DNA from: Octopus bimaculoides
Taxonomy: Eukaryota
Direction of reading: 5' to 3'
Length of the DNA stretch: 64,000 nucleotides
NCBI RefSeq assembly: GCF_001194135.2
Contig: NC_068986.1
Location: 45,719,444 to 45,783,443 of the forward strand
Shown: positions 27,301-41,465 of the stretch, piece after piece
Layout of the letters: each line of letters opens with the position of its first letter
How positions within the stretch are numbered: the first letter of the stretch is position 1
Notes under the pieces: generated by a model
Seen by the model: the letters and a program-made list of their open reading frames with translations, nothing else
Told to the model about the DNA's origin: nothing
Database searches by the model: none
Translations under genes and position numbers: made by a program

Positions 27301-30300
27301 CTCCCAGATTCTACAAAACACCAATCTTGTCATTTTAAACTAACTGATTTTTTCATCATAGCAATTCACATATCTAAGTGATTTTAATTTTAAATGCCTA
27401 ACGTTCATATGAGACATCAGAATTAATGATCTGGTTTTGTGGGAGCTTTCTGGCATGGATATTTGTCTTTGATTGCTGTTTTGAGGGATCCTTACACAAA
27501 CCCCAGAATCTTTTTCACAGTACGTTTTCATACACAATCCATTTTTCATCTCCAGTCACAAGTTGTTTCAAAAAATCATGCTTTCATTCCGTTTCAAAAG
27601 CATATCACAAATGGAATACTGGTCCAATTCTTTTCTGAGAGTTTGTGAGGAACCCATACATTGCAGTGAGAAATGTATTCTAGCTTCACTAGATGTTCAT
27701 GAGCTGTACTTTTAGAAACTTCCAACTCCTCTGCAAGTTCTTTAGTCGTGATATTTGAGTTTTCTTTGATTTTTGCCTTCAAAACATCTTCCAATTTTGA
27801 AGGTCTTCCACTGTGACTGTCATCTTCCAAGCTATATTCTCCAGCTTTAAATTTTGCAAACCATCCTCAAACATTTGATTCACCTACAACATCATCCCCA
27901 TAAACTTCACAATTGCTTTTGCAAGTTTTCGCAAAACTTTCTCCTTTTTTAAAACAGAAAAGCATTACAACGCAAATATGAAATTTTTGGCTATCCATTT
28001 CAAATGTCAATAAAGGGTAACCAGAATGACAGATAAATCTATCTTTAGTCAGGAACAAAGAAGAGATGCCCTACTACTTCAAGCAACACCAAAGCTTTAA
28101 CTGTGTTACGTTTCAGGTGTGTTCAATGAGGTATTAAAAGATTTAGCTTAGAAATGCTCAGAACTTTCAGACAATTTAACATTTTAAGAACTTGAAGGTT
28201 GGTGACTTTGTCTTGCCAATAATGGAATTAATGATAACCACTTGAACAAATAGACCGCCCTGAACTCTTATGAAAATTCTTCATTCACTTTCTGTTCTTT
28301 CTGACATTAAGGTATGTGATTTATATTATATCTTGGCTACTGTGTGGATTAAAATCTTTATTGAAAGATTACTAGTATATCATTGCAACTACTAAATTAA
28401 AGTCTACTAATTTAGATGGGTGAAATATTGTAATATCACTATGTTATAGTGGTTAGCTGCACCAAAGCTAACTATGTGGTTTACTGTAGATGTGATATTT
28501 GAATCTCATTGACAGTTTCACAACTTTTTCTGTCTTCTACATTAGATATATATAATGGAATATCCTGAACACTGTGTGAAGTGAGGTCCCTGTTGATAAG
28601 TAACTGGTATTCCATTGTAGTCACTTAATCTAAGTGTACTGATTTTGTTGTTCAAAAGTTGTGATGTCACATTGATGTAGTGTTTAACTACAGCTATACT
28701 GTTTATAGTATATGAGGTATTCAGATCCTACAGATGTTACAAATTTTCCCATCTTCTATATTAGTTACATATTTTGTACTTGATGAAAAACAGAATGTTG
28801 ATTATTAATAGGGGATGATTTGCTGTCTGTATTGAAATGTCATTAATATGTTTTGAGTTTTATTTATTGAGAGATACATCATGTTGTCTAGAATTTATAT
28901 AAAAAATAAACTGTATTATTTTGTGCTTCCTCTTACTTCATCTTTAAAAAAAAACTTGTGAGCATATTATTTGTATCTAATGTGAAAAAAATTAACTTTT
29001 AAATTGATATATTTGAAGAAGTGCTATGTAGGCTCAATATAACTAAAATTGTATGATTATTATGATGTTTCCTGAATATTATTATAAAGTGAGTTCTCAA
29101 AACAGAGTGAGAGATTAGTGATTTATGGAAGTGAATGCAAGACATCAGTTACTCCATCATCAAATAAAAAAAGTGAATTTTATTTAAATGCTTAGAAGCT
29201 TACCACATTTTAATTTCTTGTATTCTATTTCCATGTCGCTTGACATGTTGCAATTCCGTGTTTCTAATCTTGATTTATATGATTTCAATTTACTAAAAAA
29301 TATATTGCAATTAAAATAGAAATTTAAGATTTTATTTTACAAAAGATTAGAAGAAATAGTAATGCTGAGAACAAAGGACCTGACTGCATCTTCTGAATCT
29401 GACAAGTACTTGCCATGTAGTAGGTGTGATTCATACAACTGTACTTTCCCCCTAAATATTTGTGACTTTGTGCCCATTCCAGAAGTTAAATATTGTTAAT
29501 AGTGAATAGAAGTTATCAGTGAATAGAATAAGTGTGCACAAATAGGATTATTATAAAAGAATAGCAATGTAAATGTACCATTTCAACAATGTACCATTTC
29601 AAAAGAGGAAAATAATATCTTATATTCATTTAAAACTAAATAATTTTAGGCTACAATACATGGCATAATTTCCTCCAGAAGATGTCATGTTCTTGCTGTA
29701 TCAATTTTCAGAGAAGTGAGAATGAAATACCATCCACAACAGCATCAGGACAAAATTAAATACTGAATGTCTTTAGGTTTAGTGATCAATTATTTTTCTA
29801 CTAATTGAAGCATACTACTGTTCTGATAAGCATAATTTAAGATTGATGGCAATATCCTGATGAAATATTTAATATACTCAGATAATTATTTGATAAATTG
29901 AGGAACAAAAATTAATTCCTACAAACACTGTAGTTAGTTTATCTGGAGAACTCTTCAACAAAAAGTAAACAGATTTCTTTAAGGAAAAAGTCCATGGATG
30001 AAATGCAATAACTGCCATTGAAAAATTGCACCATTATACAATTCATTGTAGAAATAAACTAGATTCGAAAGTTTTCTCACCACTGTAATTTCTCTATTCT
30101 CTTGAGGATTTTATCCTTAGTAGGAGGTGAATTGCAATTTTAGAACTTATATTCTTCTCAGTGGAACATAAAAATATTTGTAATCATCTGTTAAAACATA
30201 TCCATTGTATTGTGTCTCCAATTTAACTCTCCATGGTATTTTACACAACAAGGTAGATAGTAAAGTTAAGTACCTTGCTTGACTAAGAATCCTTTGTATG

Positions 30301-33300
30301 TTTATAGTGGCATATAAAGCCGTGGGTATTGTTAACGATTTGCAGAGCTAATTATACATCAATAATTGATAAGAAATATTTTATATATAATGCATGTTCA
30401 ATGTAGAAATGATATCCTTAGATAATATCAATTTCTTAGAGTCATGTGTAAATTTTGTACAAATGACTGCAAGTTCAAACCTCTAGATAAACTCATTACA
30501 CTTAAGAGAGGTTTTTATACTGACAAGAGAACAGCATGACAGTAAAATTAAAAGCATGAAAGTAAAATCAAAAGCTCAAAGTATTTAGCATTATGAAGGC
30601 AGAGGTAACATAAGTGGTGCAGTGGGATACTTAATCAATCTCTAGAAATACTGCACTTGACATATCAATTATGTGATAAACTATAGAATAAGGAGAAATA
30701 TGTAGTACTTTGTTCTATTAGTCTCTCATTGGTTTCAGGCCATGATGGAGCACAGATATTAGCTTTCACTCTTGATTATTTTAAACTAATTTTCTGGCTT
30801 TGTCTCAGGAATTGGTCCAGTTAAGTAGTGAGTTGGACAGAGCTGCCCTTCTTTGCATTTGTTGATGTGATGTGGGTTCATCTGGTATATCAGATAAAAA
30901 TTTGCACAATTGTTCTTTGAACACACCCACTGCTACACACCATAGATAACTGAGGCTTTTAAGTAAAGTTTTGAAAAGTTGTGGGCTTTTGAATTCTAAA
31001 CTATTACAGTATCGGGTTGTTACTTTGGATGGAGAAGGTTAAATCTTTGGTACTGTGCAGTGGCATCCAGTCTGGTGATTGGTATAGCTTTCAATTCCAA
31101 AGTTGGGTGATAGACCTTCCAGGATCTTCAATATATACATATCACTGCATATCATTTATGCCTTCTCTCCAAAAGTCTTAGCTCTTTCACTCTCTCTCAG
31201 TACATCAGCTGCTGCACCAAGGCAATATTGTTGATCTTGTGTTTATTTTTTAAATGCCACATTCATAAGTCTAACATATGCCTATAAATTGAAATGTTAA
31301 CATTTTTTGTAAGCATATAAAAAAAAAAATGGAAAAATGGAAAAATGCTTCCCTGACTCTTATCTCAAAAAGTGCAAGTTAGAAAAATGTTTTACTAAGT
31401 GAAGAGTTTTTGAAAAGAATGGGCCCATTTATGATTGATGACAGTTATTAATCTTCACTTTTGTAATATTAAAATCTTATTGGGTTTATGTTCAATGATA
31501 TGTAACAATTATTTTCCCTAAAATCTAGCATAAATCATAACAAATACATTGAGGAGCTAAATTTCATTATTTGAAATATAACACTAGTATTTTATTGACA
31601 ACTAATTCACTAACACGTTTTCCATGTTCTACTGATGAACACTTCTCTTATAATATTGCATTAAACATATCAATGTACTTAGATAACAATAATTACTTAC
31701 TCGCATTTCTCTTTACCTGTGTTGTTATCAGTGAAACTTGGTTTTGAAACTTCATAACAAAGTCGTTCTGTGATTGGAATGGATTATAAATTTACACATC
31801 AGAAATACAACTTAATTTGAACACTTTCTTAGCAACATGTTAACTTTGTAAAAGTAACATCCTTTCAATAAAAAATATTGTACTTACTTTCTCCCCAAAA
31901 GCAACATCTTTACTGAAGAAAGAATTCAACAATCACAAAATCCTTTTTGTCAACTAATAACTTGCTTACAGTCTTCAAGCAATACCTTATAATCATTTAC
32001 TGCTGTAAGTCTATACATAACAAGATCATAAGGACATATAGGCCATCACATGTCATACAAACCAGAGTATAACTGACAAAGTGACCCAGACAATGCGATC
32101 AGTATTCTGCAGTTTTATCTGGCATACTTTCAACTGGTGCATAGAATGGCTTGGATAGAAAAGAAGAGAAAAAAGAGTACTGCATGATATATTTCTCTTG
32201 TTTCTTCATTCAACAAGATGGAGTTAATAAGGAATACTCTCCGTAGTTGCTTAACCGACTAGAAATAATAACCAAATATTTCATTAACCACTCCCTCTTA
32301 TTAATAAAATGAAAACTATAACTCATAATATAATGCTAGATACACACTACGTCCCCATCCCTCCAAAAGTGAACTAATAATGTATAGATTACTTTTGATT
32401 GTAGGTAATAAGTGCAATCAGTACTGGCCTGGGGCTAAACAACAGCAATAACATTTAGAAGAAGAAGAAAAAGTTGATGATTTTAGTATAAAATCATTAT
32501 CCTGCTATTTTGCATTCTTTAGCCTGTACCATAACAATAATAACTAGTTTTATTTACAGTAAATACTAGTTCCACAAAATAGAGAAAATAATACAATGTT
32601 CATTAAAATAATACAATGATCATTAAAATAATACAATGTTCATTAAAATAAAAACTAATATCTCAGAGAAAACCATGAAATAAAGAGAGAAACTCCTTGA
32701 TTCTCAAACCTTGACAGATATTCTAATAATCTGAAAGTCAGAACAAAATCTTGAAATTGACTGTAATATGAATGTCTGAAAGCCATTGATTGCTTTTTTA
32801 CAACAATCATTACACATTTACACACTTCCCCACTGATGCAATTGGTTACACTTTTTCCTTCATGGTGCAAGTAATGGTCATGACATTTCTTTTGCCTCAT
32901 TTTATACAACTTTGACCTTAGACAACTTCAAAATTTCCTATTGTTATTCTTTCACACATTGAACAAGTTCTACCAAAATGAAAAACATTATCCATAATAT
33001 TGCAACAACTATAGTAATGCATTGAAGCAAGAAACCTAAATGCAAAGTTTCTCATTGGATTTATTCAACCTTCTATCATCAAATATACTCCCTGTTTTGA
33101 AATAGAAGCTCTTTTGTCGTATTGCTATTAAACAATGGAAACTTATCTCTTCAATCAATCTGAAAATACATAAAGAATTCCAAATGTAACCAAGATGAGT
33201 TTGTAATGTTTTAACCTGATCATAATATTTCATAATATCTCTCTTTCCTCATCCCTACCAGAATAACTCCAGAAAGAGTATACTGAATAAATTACTTTCT

Positions 33301-36300
33301 TTACTTTCAAACCACTCACATAATATTTATAGAAAGTATAAGATACTTAAAATACTCCATGACAGGTATTAATATTGTCAAGTCTCTCTTCCATTTGATA
33401 TACACAACTTCAATTTATTTTTAACTTCCTAAAATATGAACAACTGATTCACAGAACTCTAAAAAGAGAACAACAAGGCAAAGATTTTGCATGACTAATT
33501 ATCATTGTCATTTTGCAACAAATCTCTGGAGGGTCAAAATGATTAGGATAAATAAGAAACATCCTCTCTACACCATAAAACCACTGAATATCGTGATAAA
33601 ATTTTACAAAGTGTAAGATATATGAAACAAAATAAAATACCAAAATATTAGAGATGCAATGGTATGGTTAAATTTGTATTTCTTACTTAAGCTCAGGTTG
33701 ATTTGTACTTGAAATTAAACTTAAAATAAAGGATTATGCTAGTTGTTTCTACTAATCAGTCTAGTAGCAACTGATCATGTATAACCTGACGAAAAGATAT
33801 AACTACAGCTGAATTTAATAAAAGTAAATATTCATAAAAACTAAGATTGTATTATAATTACAACAATTAACAAGTATATTTAAGTAAAATTTCGTCAAAG
33901 GCATTCCAACTAAGAAATAATGTGAAAACTGGGATCTTTTTTAAAACGGGGGCCACATTTTTCATTAACGAAACACTTTGAAACTTGGAACACTGGTAGA
34001 ATGTGTCATATAAAACATCTTTTTCTCTTAGTCTTCTTAAAAAAAAAAAGAAATCCATAAATTATTCCATGTTAAAGTTGTCGTATTTCTGTAATTTCAA
34101 CCAATCACTGACGTCCATTCAGCCGATATACATTAAGTGCCGACTACATAAACAAACGATTCTGAAACAATTAATCCTAACCCTAACCCTAACTCTAACN
34201 NNNNNNNNNCAAATTTAAAATGAAAAAAGCAAATAAAACGAAGAATCGTTTGTTTATGTAGTCGGCACTTAATGTATATCGACTGAATGGACGTCAGTGA
34301 TTGGTTGAAATTATCGAAATAAGACAATTTTTTACATGAAATAAATTCGAATACAAAAATATTTTTCTGTTCTATAACACAAAATAGATAAGTATACGAA
34401 GTTTGAAAGTCTTTCGGTACCAAAAACACTACGTAAAACATTAATGAAAAATGTGGCCCCCGTTTTAAAAAAGATCCGAAAACTGAAAATAAACTACATT
34501 AAAAAACACAAAAGAGACAAATGTTTGCAATAATTACACATAAAGGCAGAATTGAAAATGAAACCGGGCTGAATACAAAAACAGACTTGGGTATCCCTAC
34601 TAAGCGAAACAAATATGTAAATGTTTAAAAGTCAGTTGTGTAATGCCATGGGCTAATTTTTGATATGATAATGGTAGTATCGTAAAAAAGGGAAATTTTA
34701 CATGCATCTATATGTATGTATTCGATTGAACAGATACAACTACATTCATAAATTTCCCTTCCGTAAAATTTCAAAAAGTAATTTTTGTGTACTTTTTGAA
34801 ATGATTGCAATTTGTAATAACTCACATATATACAGGGTGCATCAATAATTTGAGGACAATTTATAATTTAAGTAAAACAAACATATTTGATAAAACAATA
34901 TAATTTTTTTTTTAGAATTAGGTATACACATTCATACATATACATCGCAAAAATATATTCAATAAAACCGTCATCAGCCTCATTAATGTCTCGATACAGC
35001 TCCTGAAAGGACTAAATGTGTTGATCAGGTGATTTTAACCGATATCGACCTTAATGTCCCCAATAGCAGGCATCATAGAGTCCTTCAGTATTGGTGGGCA
35101 TTTTTGTTAGCCTCTCGTTTAACGACACTCCTGTCGTAGTACTCTTGAGGTGGAGTGAAGTAAGGTGGACGAGGAAACCAAATATTAGTGGATCATGAAA
35201 ATGTTCGGCCATTCACTCTTTAGTCTTGCAGGTTGTGCAAGAGGGAGCAGAATGTTGCTGGAATACGTACACCCCGCCCCAAGCATCTCCTTGATCCAGG
35301 CCTTGACACGTTTCCAATGACTGGATGTAGATTGTTGCATTGCTTCTAAGATCTTGCAGGAAAAAGTGAGGTGCCCTCATTGATCATGACCCCGAAGACC
35401 ATCCCAGACGATAGGAACTTGGTGTACATAACAGTGGGGACTTCAGTGAGGCTGGCACAGAACCATCTATCATTTCTTCTGTGCACTTCATGATCTTGGA
35501 CTAAGGTCTTCTCACCCAAAGCATATCGGACTCCTCGGAGAGCTTGAGTTTGTTCAGCAAACGATTCGACCGTACAACATGGTTTTCCTGCGTCTTTTCG
35601 GACATGAATCACCCTTTTCTCATAATATGGGGTTTTTACCCGATGTCTTCATGCATAATACGTCTAATGGAGATGATTGGCAATGGGTCTCACTGGCTTC
35701 ACGGTAATCTCCTTGATGATGCTCTGAAGAAACTGAACTTTTCTGACAACGTCTGACCGTTGAGAATATGTTATTATTTTGGCCACCGAAGACACATTTC
35801 CGCTAGAGGACTAGAGCTATTTTCTATTCTTAAACAAGAAAGATCTGGTGACATTTAAGAAGGGTGCAATCTGAGAATCACAGTAGTTGGCAACTAAAAC
35901 GAGGAGGACGGCATGCCTTTTCATTGTATACATTAGTTATGAAGCTTTTTTGTTGGGAGTAGTATAAAGAAAGGATAAGTTTGGATCACTTGTCGTTCTT
36001 AAGAGTTTGGGTTTCAAATAGCTGACTCACCCTGTACATGTTTTCTATTAAGAAAAGTACCTTTTCTTCAATGCTAACATAATAACTTCATAAATTTAGT
36101 CTGTTCAGTTATAATAAGAAGCTATAATTATTCTTTCTAATTTTGGCATAAGGCCAGCAATTTTGAGGAGAGGGGACAAGCCGATTACATCATCTCCTGT
36201 ACTGGGCTGTTAATTATTCTGTTGACGTCGAAAGAATGAAGAAAAAAGTCGAGTTCGGTGGAATTTGAACCCAGAACGTAGAGACAGGAGAAATGCTGCA

Positions 36301-36737
36301 AAGTATTTTGTCAAATGCGTTATTGATTCTACCAGCTCGATATTTAATAACTGACTTTTTAGCATATACATATTGGTTTCGCTAATCCAGTATACCCAAA
36401 TCTATTTTGTGTTTTTCCCCGTATTGGTTTGCTTTCATCATCAATCCAACAGTTACATGCACATAAAGCCCATCTCCATTGAACAACAACGATAAAGAAC
36501 AGTGAACGAAAGAGAACAAATCCTTAAACAGTATTCATTAAACAATACGGCTGTACTTTTCTAAATTTTGCTTTAAAAAAAAATGCTACTCACCGCAAGT
36601 ATTTTCTTTGTAAGTTTTCTGCCATTCAGTTGGCATTCTACATGTCCCGTTAGTATAACTTCTTTTATTCAAAACACAATGATATTCGCTCATCAGATTC
36701 CTGATGGAGAGTAAAAGTATGACTAAGTGTTATATAT

Positions 36738-36797
<60 letters not shown>

Positions 36798-39153
36798 GGG
36801 GGGTTCAAAAAAGAAAAACGACAAAAAATAACAACGCGAGGACGTGATACAGATATTGTGTTACTGGACGCTCAGGAATTCTTCACCGAGCGTCCAGTAA
36901 CACAATATCCGTATCACGTCCTCGCGTTGTTGTTTTTTGTTGTTGTTTTGTCGTTTTTCTTTTTTGAACTCACTATATAACGCACGGTCACACGGATCCC
37001 GGCCTTTCGACTGAACTTGGAGCACCCAATTCCTGGAATTCTTCTACCTTCAGATTACTGTTCCTGTTGGATTACTGCTTCTACTCACTCGGATTACGCC
37101 ATTCCTGCACCTTGATTATATATATGTATATATATATATATATGTGTGTGTGTGTATATATAAATTCATACAGTTTCTGCGGGATTACTCGTAGCGCACG
37201 TGGGTAATTGAGGAATGATACGATTTTCTTGCTCGTCTATATGAATACGAAAATGCTATTCTTGGATAATCGTTTGATGTCGCTTGATCGAATTAATTAT
37301 CCTTTTATTAACATTCTCGGATTTATAATTTTGAAATATTGCACTGATGAAGGAAGTAAGTTCGGGTAATATAATTTACACCTCTTTGATCATGAAACGC
37401 GTCTGCAATTAATCGGGTAGATTCGTTAATTTTTCTTTTTTGCCTTTGTAGTTGCGAGTATTGCTGTTGGGAGTTGTATTTTGCTAGTGAAATAGTAGTT
37501 TTGACTGCTATTTCTAATTTTCGGTGTGTGGTGAAGCAATGCTCGCTCAACCCTAATTTTAATTATATATATCTTAATATATATAATCCGTTCTGTCTGT
37601 CTGTTTGTGAATTGATAACTCGAGTATTGTTCACCTGATCGCTCTGAAATTTTAAAAATGGATACATGACGGAGCTAGTTTCAAGGTGAGACTCGCTATT
37701 TTTGTAATCTTTTTGTCCTGTTTGTTCTACCATTAAAATCAATCAGTTGCTAAGACAAGCGGCACACACGCACGCACGCACGCACATACACACACACGTC
37801 CATTTCATATAGACGTACATACATCTGTTACTTTCTTTATCTGTTCTTTTCGCTTATCTTCAATCAACTACCGTAAAAGTTTTATAGTATTACGTCACAT
37901 TTTCTAAATGTGTGTGTGTACCTTCACTCACTCACTCTATCTCTCTTTCTCACCCTCTTTCTCTGTCACATACACACGCGCAAGCACGCACGCGTGCGTA
38001 CACACACACAAACACACACACGTCCATTTCATATAGACGTACATACTTCTTTCACTCGTGGAGGCGCAATGACCCAGTGGTTAGGGCAGCGGGCTCGCAG
38101 TCATAGGATCGCGGTTTCGTTTCCCAGACCGGGCGTTGTGAGTGTTTATTGAGCGAAAACACGTAAAGCTCCACGAGGCTCCGGCAGGGGATGGTGGCGA
38201 ACCCTGCTGTACTCTTTCACCATAACTTTCTCTCACTCTTCCTGTTTCTGTTGTGCCTGTAATTCAAAGGGTCAGCCTTCTCACACTGTGTCACGCTGAA
38301 TATCCCCGAGAACTACATTAAGGGTACACGTGTCTGTGGAGTGCTCAGCCACTTGCACGTTAATTTCACGAGCAGGCTGTTCCGTTGATCGGATCAACTG
38401 GAACTCTCGACGTCGTAAGCGACGGAGTGCCATCAACAACAACTTCATTCTCGTTCTCTCTCACACACACACAATCACACGCACGCGCGCGCGTGCGTTT
38501 CTAACTCACACGCGGCGCACGCGCGTTTCTAAATGTAACTGCTCATTTACAATTTATGTTGGTGATGACAATATCGTGCCAAAAATTCTTTTTAAGCGTT
38601 CTGGTGTTTTGTTTTTTAAAAAACAATATGGAGAGCTTGCAAAAATCATTGAGGTAATGTTTCTATTTAATTTTATTAGGTTTTATTGAATTTCAAAATT
38701 TCTTGATAGGATGCCTCGAAGAAGGAAGAGTAAACTTGGCAAAAAAAAAACAAGAAATGCTTTTGCACTGCGTTCACTGCATGCAAGCGAGACAGCTAAA
38801 CAAGCTGAACACCAGCATGCACGCGCTGCTGCCTCTACGTTGATGGTTAGGGCTTCAGAAACACCCGAACAAGCTGACCGTCGGCGTGCACGACATGCTG
38901 CCTCTACGTCGATGGCTGGAGATTCAGAAACATCTGAACAAGCTGGCCGTCGGCGTGCACGCGATGCTGCTTCCAAGTCAAATAGCCGTGCTACAGAAAC
39001 AGTTAACAGTTTTAGCGTCTCAGGAATATTTAATGCCTTAACCAACGTAACACAGTCCAAGTTAACTCTCTTCACCTATACAAACCGTCCAATGGACGGC
39101 GGCTCGTTTGCTAGTATATATATATATATATATATATATAGTGAAATTCTTCA

Positions 39154-39190
<37 letters not shown>

Positions 39191-40041
39191 AAATAGTAAA
39201 TGAGTATATGCATATATACGTACAGGTATGTGCATACCGACATCCACCTGTATGTATAGGTGCATATCTGGGTACAGGACATTGCAAACAAACGTAGACG
39301 AGAACACACGAGCCACATAGAGAACATTCTACTTCATCAGCTATATACATACATACATCTATCATATAGACGTATATATTTATCCAAACGCATATTTATT
39401 GTTTATTTGGAATAATCTTTAACAAAGGAAAAATTTTAGCTGAATTTTTATTGAACGACCACTGAGATTCATAAAATGTTTTGAAACATAAATCAGTTTG
39501 TTTTGATATGGAGGGATTTTTCGTTGGAGTAATATTAATAACCGTCTTAACTGTTGTATTCTGACCATTTAACTAACAATACCAATAGCAATAAATGTCG
39601 ATAGGTGCACGAAGTAATGACAGTAAATAAACAATCTCTTGATTCCTTTAAAACTGTTTGGCACATATTTGAACCTGCAACTGCTTTTTACTGTAGTTTG
39701 CCAAAGAAAATTCCCGTTTAAGTTATATTGAATAATACAGTGATAAATATGCACTATGTTCTAAAAAAAAGTACAAAATCTTTAAATAGTATTCATGGAT
39801 TTCTGATAAAGAAAGCAAATCTTCTCAGTTAGTTCAGTGTTGTCTCCTTGGTTTCTAATGCTGAAGAGAACTAAAGCGTTCGAAACACATCCCATAGAGG
39901 ACGTTCTGAGCAGACAACGGTGTTCTTACGCCTTTTTTTTTTCATTTTATGCAAAGAATTTTCTCATTGGAAAGCTGCAGTGAAAAGCTCTAATAGGATC
40001 GTGTATGTTTCAAAATATGTGAACTTATCTACAGTTTGTGT

Positions 40042-40094
<53 letters not shown>

Positions 40095-40142
40095 CACACA
40101 CAACGGACATGCGCACGCACACACAAACACACACACACACAC

Positions 40143-40196
<54 letters not shown>

Positions 40197-41401
40197 GCAC
40201 TCGAGTTGCGAGACAAACTCTGATCTTATTAAAAGAACCCTATATCCGTGTCTATGTATGCATGTATATATGTATGTATATATGTAAGTAGTTTAAATAT
40301 ATATATATATATAGTTCAAATTTACAGAAAAAGACGAAGACAAGTGTAGGAACAGCAAGCAATGGAGAGACTATGGAAAAAAACGGAGAGAAAACTATGG
40401 AGTTCAGCGATCCAACATGGCATGATGACTGGAAAAAAGAGGTTGAATGAAATGGAGATAATAATGGTGATCCCAACTAACTAAAGCGCACAAGCATGTG
40501 TGTGTATGTGAGAATGGTGTGTGTGAGTATGTATGTGTGTGTAGGTGTAAGGGAGCGAGGGAGTCTGACGCGTGTGTGTGCTTTTTCAAGTGGTGTGTGC
40601 ACATGTGCATGTGTGAGTGACCAAATATTGTGCATGTGTATAGTGTGTTTTTCGGTGAAAGTTATCTTTGTCTATACCTGCTGCGTGTGTTTATGCTTGT
40701 TGCATGTGTGGGTATATGTTGTCTGTATTCAGGTATTATGTGTTTGTGTAAATGTGGATGTGTGCTTGATGGTGTGTGGTGTGTCTACGGAGTTAAACAG
40801 GGTGTTTGGCTGCTCGTATAGTGGAATGTGTGGCTATTGAAGATTGTGTGTAGGTGTGTAGATAATGGTGTGTCGTGTGGGTACTGAGAAGTGGTCGGTG
40901 CTAGTGTGTGTGGAGTGGGAAGGTGTGTGCGTGAAGCGAGTATGAGATGAACAGTGTTTATGGGTGTGTGTATAGTGTGTATATGTAGGTATGTATGCAT
41001 GCATGTATGTGCACACAGAAAGAGTAATAGTGTGTGTGCTTGCGTGCGTGCGTGTGTGTATATACGTATTCTTTACCCATCTGCATGTATTTACTTCCAT
41101 TTCATAAACACGCAATTACTTCAATGTGCCCCATCCCATCCCTATATAATGTACTCACTACTCATATTCCACAAGAAAACGTTGAAATTTAATCTGAGTT
41201 TATTCTGTAGAGACTCACTGTTTAATATCAACTGCATTGATATCGTGTCTTGTGGGATCTACAAACGTTATGCGTTTTATCTTCATGCCTCAACTACATA
41301 ATAAAAAGTGTTGAAATTAAAATCCAAAAGCAATCGTGTGCAAATGTCATCCTCCATAACTAAACTGTACTACTACTATATTATACTGCACTGCAACAAA
41401 T

Positions 41402-41465
<64 letters not shown>

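Larger units (their letters stand above)
24200..33860 (-). pseudogene. Possible decayed axonemal dynein heavy chain (DNAH6/DNAH14-like) N-terminal stem/DHC_N2 exons
   Basis: Colinear disabled fragments resembling DNAH6 as recalled from memory: 33643-33449 (FVSY...LPCCSLFR vs VVSY...IPIFSLFR); 33160-33036 (ISFHCLIAI...RLNKSNEKL); 32149-31888 ([23 protein letters not shown]; flanked by ag and gtaagt); about 24800-24560 ([23 protein letters not shown]); about 24500-24407 ([19 protein letters not shown]|gtaagt). Stops, frameshifts and large missing blocks throughout. Confidence 0.5.

Noticed and set aside
31701-31767. Reading this exon in frame 0 as dynein ([11 protein letters not shown])
   Set aside because: The phase 1 to 2 frame fits the Cys module and the paired Cys loss much better.
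37253-37495. Plus-strand two-exon mini-gene (MLFLDN...CILLVK*)
   Set aside because: The splice sites are plausible but the peptide is short, featureless and unsupported.
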